This document shows, in pieces, positions 61,163 to 64,000 of a DNA stretch of 64,000 nucleotides. The notes below the pieces were generated by a model. That model had not been told where the DNA came from and did not search any database. It was given only the letters and a program-made list of their open reading frames with translations. The position numbers and the translations under genes are program-made. Each line of letters begins with the position of its first letter. Position 1 is the stretch's first letter. The stretch lies in assembly GCF_053078305.1 (NCBI RefSeq), contig NZ_CP166879.1. One strand, written 5' to 3'.

Positions 61163-61214
61163 GAACAACATGCACTTAGCTAATTATCAGAGGCACCTCG
61201 TAAGGTGCCTTTTT

Positions 61215-62201
61215 TTAACCGAAGCGAACATCTCGTCCATGCGGTTCATCGAGATCCTGCCACGGACCAATTGAAATAATCCCCGTAGGGTTGATGGTCT
61301 TATGACTGCGGAAGTAATGATTACGGATATGATCGAAATTGACTGTTTCGGCAATTCCCGGCATCTGGTAGATATCACGCAGGAAGCCATACAGATTAAG
61401 GTAATCGCTGATGCGGTGCTTATCACACTTGAAGTGGGTCACATACACTGGATCAAAACGGACCAGCGTGGTCCACAGGCGAATATCGGCTTCGGTTAGC
61501 TGGTTGCCGGTCAGGTAACGATGCTGACCTAAAATCTGTTCCAGTCGCGCCAGCGATTCAAACACTTTCTCCACCGCTTCATCGTAGGCTTGCTGGCTGG
61601 TGGCAAAACCAGCTTTATACACGCCGTTGTTAACGGTGTCATAAATCCAGCCGTTAAGTTCGTCAATTTTCGTTTGCAGGGCTGGTGGGTAGTAATCACC
61701 AGCTTTCGCGCCCAGCGCATCAAACGCGGTATTAAACATGCGGATGATTTCTGCTGATTCGTTGCTGACGATGGTGTGGTTCTTTTTGTCCCACAGCACG
61801 GGAACAGTAACTCGTCCGCTGTAGTGTGGATCGGCGTGGAGATAAAGCTGATACAAAAATTCATGTTGATAGAGCGTGTCTCCGGTTGCTCCCGGAAAAC
61901 TGTCATCAAAGGTCCAGCCGTTTTCCAGCATCAGCGGGTTCACTACGGAAACGGAAATAAACGGTTCCAGTCCTTTGAGTTTGCGCATGATCAGCGTGCG
62001 GTGCGCCCACGGGCAGGCGAGTGAAACATAGAGATGATAACGATCTTTCTCTGCAATAAAACCGCCTGTGCCAGTGGGGCCAGGAGCGCCATCGGCAGTG
62101 AGCCAGTTTCGAAATGCGGAAGCTGAACGTTGAAATTTACCGCCGGTAGATTTGGTATCGTACCAGGTGTCATGCCAGACGCCGTCAATCAGTTGACCCA
62201 T
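61215..62201 (-). CDS. yqjG: glutathionyl-hydroquinone reductase YqjG (Xi-class GST), 328 aa
   Basis: Start set at MGQLIDGVWHDTWYD with GGAGGAGAG Shine-Dalgarno. Confidence 0.9.
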   Translation of the reverse strand: MGQLIDGVWHDTWYDTKSTGGKFQRSASAFRNWLTADGAPGPTGTGGFIAEKDRYHLYVSLACPWAHRTLIMRKLKGLEPFISVSVVNPLMLENGWTFDDSFPGATGDTLYQHEFLYQLYLHADPHYSGRVTVPVLWDKKNHTIVSNESAEIIRMFNTAFDALGAKAGDYYPPALQTKIDELNGWIYDTVNNGVYKAGFATSQQAYDEAVEKVFESLARLEQILGQHRYLTGNQLTEADIRLWTTLVRFDPVYVTHFKCDKHRISDYLNLYGFLRDIYQMPGIAETVNFDHIRNHYFRSHKTINPTGIISIGPWQDLDEPHGRDVRFG

Positions 62202-62220
62202 TTTTCTCTCCTCCAATAGC

Positions 62221-62249
62221 AAAAACGAGGAGCTTCCTCCTCGTTTTTT
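62221..62249 (-). terminator. intrinsic terminator downstream of yqjF
   Basis: Stem cgaggag / ctcctcg with 4-nt loop, flanked by A-run and T-run. Confidence 0.7.
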
Positions 62250-62270
62250 ATCGTTAAGTATAGCGCGTGC

Positions 62271-62663
62271 TTACCACTTTTTATTCAGCAGGCGGTCGAT
62301 GCTATACGCGCCCGGACCGGTAATTGCCAGCAGCAGGAATCCGCCAGAAATTGTCAGGTTTTTCATGAACATCAGCGAGTTGACGCCTTCAGCAAAGTTG
62401 CTGTGAAATAAAAATGCCGTCAGCAGCGTAAAGCCCGCAGTAAACAGGGCAGTGGTGCGAGTCAGGAAACCGAACAGGACTGCCAGACCACCACCAAACT
62501 CAAGCAGAATCACCAGCGGCAGCATAAAACCCGGGACGCCCATCGCTTCCATATATTGTTGGGTACCCGCGTAACCAGTAATTTTTCCCCAGCCTGCGGT
62601 AATAAACAGAATCGGCATTAAAATGCGCGCTACCAGTACACCAACATCTTCTAATTTTTTCAT
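62271..62663 (-). CDS. yqjF: DoxX-family inner membrane protein YqjF, 130 aa
   Basis: Start set at MKKLEDVGVLVARIL. Confidence 0.85.
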   Translation of the reverse strand: MKKLEDVGVLVARILMPILFITAGWGKITGYAGTQQYMEAMGVPGFMLPLVILLEFGGGLAVLFGFLTRTTALFTAGFTLLTAFLFHSNFAEGVNSLMFMKNLTISGGFLLLAITGPGAYSIDRLLNKKW

Positions 62664-62848
62664 CATACTCTCCACTGCGCCACTCAGGCTGCTGATTGTT
62701 TTTTTGTGCAAGGGCGCGGTATTAGCGTCGTTGCTGTCGATGGAGAGAATCATAAACGTGGTGAATGATGATTGTTAGCAAGGAAAACTGTCAAAAATCT
62801 TCAAAAAATTTGATGGGTGAGGCCGGAATGGCTCCGGCCAGAGGGAAG

Positions 62849-63148
62849 TTAACCGCGAAGCTGTTGCTGCTTGAGGGTCGTTTTAACCAGACGCCAGGCG
62901 CTCCATACGCCAAAACCGCGTCTGGCCCAGCGGACCAGCATATTAGGATGGCGAATCGTCCAGATCGCCATCACGCTACTGCCAACCAGCGCCCAGGAGC
63001 GCAGACTTAGCAGCATATTCCAGCGACGATCGTAAGCGCCTGTTGCATCCAGCCATTCACGACGACTGGCAGAAAGATCCAGCCGTTGTTGCTGGATCTG
63101 GCTAAGCAGTTGCGCCTTACGTCGTTCACGTTCGACTTTACTGCTCAC
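62849..63148 (-). CDS. yqjK: uncharacterised protein YqjK, 99 aa, GTG start
   Basis: Start set at GTG encoding MSSKVERERRKAQ; overlaps yqjE 3' end. Confidence 0.72.
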   Translation of the reverse strand: MSSKVERERRKAQLLSQIQQQRLDLSASRREWLDATGAYDRRWNMLLSLRSWALVGSSVMAIWTIRHPNMLVRWARRGFGVWSAWRLVKTTLKQQQLRG

Positions 63149-63542
63149 GGGACTCCTCCTCGAGCAGCTGCCGATCGTTTGCCAGCTCATGGCGTGTATG
63201 GCGCAGCAAGGTGGATTTACGCGATTTACGTAACGTCCAGATACCGCCAATCAGTGCCAGTAGCAGCAACACCACGGTGGTGGCAATCATCGCATTCAGG
63301 CGATATTGCGGATCAACCGCCCAAATAATTAGCACCATCAGGCTCATAAGACCAAATGCAGCGAAAAGCATCGTCAGGCCCAGCATCAGTAAAAGTTGAA
63401 AGAGATTAGCTTTTTCCTCTTCCAGCTCAACCACCGCCAGCCGCAGACGTGTTTCCACCATTTCAACCATGATGGAAACAATTCGCTGCCCGATGCCCAG
63501 AACGCTTTTACCGGGCCCTTGCGCGTGATGAGTATCCGCCAT
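63138..63542 (-). CDS. yqjE: DUF1469 inner membrane protein YqjE, 134 aa
   Basis: Start set at MADTHHAQGPGKSVL. Confidence 0.85.
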   Translation of the reverse strand: MADTHHAQGPGKSVLGIGQRIVSIMVEMVETRLRLAVVELEEEKANLFQLLLMLGLTMLFAAFGLMSLMVLIIWAVDPQYRLNAMIATTVVLLLLALIGGIWTLRKSRKSTLLRHTRHELANDRQLLEEESREQ

Positions 63543-63544
63543 AA

Positions 63545-63850
63545 TTAACGACGCGACAGCAGAACGCCGAGCACTACACCGATTGCAGCGCCAATGCCCA
63601 CGCCCGTCCATGGATTTTCACGCACATACTCATCGGCACGCGCCGCCGCGACACGGGTTTGTTTGGCGATGGCATCACCGGTTTCACCCAGGCGATAACG
63701 GCTCTGTTTCAGTGCCTGCTCCGCTTTGCTACGAATCTTACTCAACTCTTCTTTCGACTTCTCGCCAGATGAGCTAAGCACCTCTTCCAGCGTATCGGAA
63801 AGGGATTTCAACTCAGCACGCAGATGTTCCGTAGTGTGTTCTTTCGACAT
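63545..63850 (-). CDS. yqjD: ribosome-associated membrane protein YqjD (ElaB/YgaM family), 101 aa
   Basis: ORF recognised. Confidence 0.88.
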   Translation of the reverse strand: MSKEHTTEHLRAELKSLSDTLEEVLSSSGEKSKEELSKIRSKAEQALKQSRYRLGETGDAIAKQTRVAAARADEYVRENPWTGVGIGAAIGVVLGVLLSRR

Positions 63851-63887
63851 AGTTTTCTCCAGGTGAGTAAGTAGTGACTATTGTGAG

Positions 63888-64000
63888 TTAGTAGTCGCGC
63901 GCTTCCAGCTTTTTCAGCTCTTCCTGCGCTTCTGCCAGTTTCCGTTCGCGTTTGGCAATCTTATCGGCATCGCCTTTTTGCTTCGCCTCGGCTAAATCTT
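63888..64000 (-). CDS. yqjC: YqjC (DUF1090), C-terminal fragment; gene continues beyond window
   Basis: Minus-strand frame ends ...AEAQEELKKLEARDY then TAA at 63888-63890; truncated by window edge. Confidence 0.6.
   Translation of the reverse strand, partial: DLAEAKQKGDADKIAKRERKLAEAQEELKKLEARDY

Overview
This window reads as a contiguous stretch of Escherichia coli chromosome running from pnp to the 3' end of yqjC, in reverse orientation relative to the usual K-12 map. Identification rests on recognising the translated ORFs and the rnpB RNA; no database search was possible. Gene order is: pnp, nlpI, deaD, mtr, yhbW, ubiV/ubiU/ubiT, yhbS/Q/P/O, yraR/Q, dolP, diaA, yraN, lpoA, rsmI, the yraHIJK chaperone-usher fimbrial operon, a complete aga/kba N-acetylgalactosamine locus, the prlF-yhaV toxin-antitoxin pair, garD and garPLRK, rnpB (RNase P RNA), yhaC, yhaB, tdcR, tdcABCDEFG, cyuPA, yhaL/K/J/I/H and yqjG/F/K/E/D/C. 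I found no transposase, integrase, phage gene, CRISPR array or unrecognised gene cluster, so there is no convincing evidence here for a novel multi-gene system. The points worth a second look are small: an in-frame amber stop in the yhaV toxin gene with prlF intact, a +1 frameshift in an A7 tract in yhaC, a repeated ATGTTCAA/TTGAACAT motif array upstream of yraH, a 14-bp perfect inverted repeat between ubiV and yhbW, and the tandem repeats at the 3' end of rnpB. The aga locus carries intact agaW, agaE, agaF and agaA, so the strain is not K-12-like at that locus. Start codons were moved from the six-frame track where the recognised N-terminus and a Shine-Dalgarno sequence supported it.
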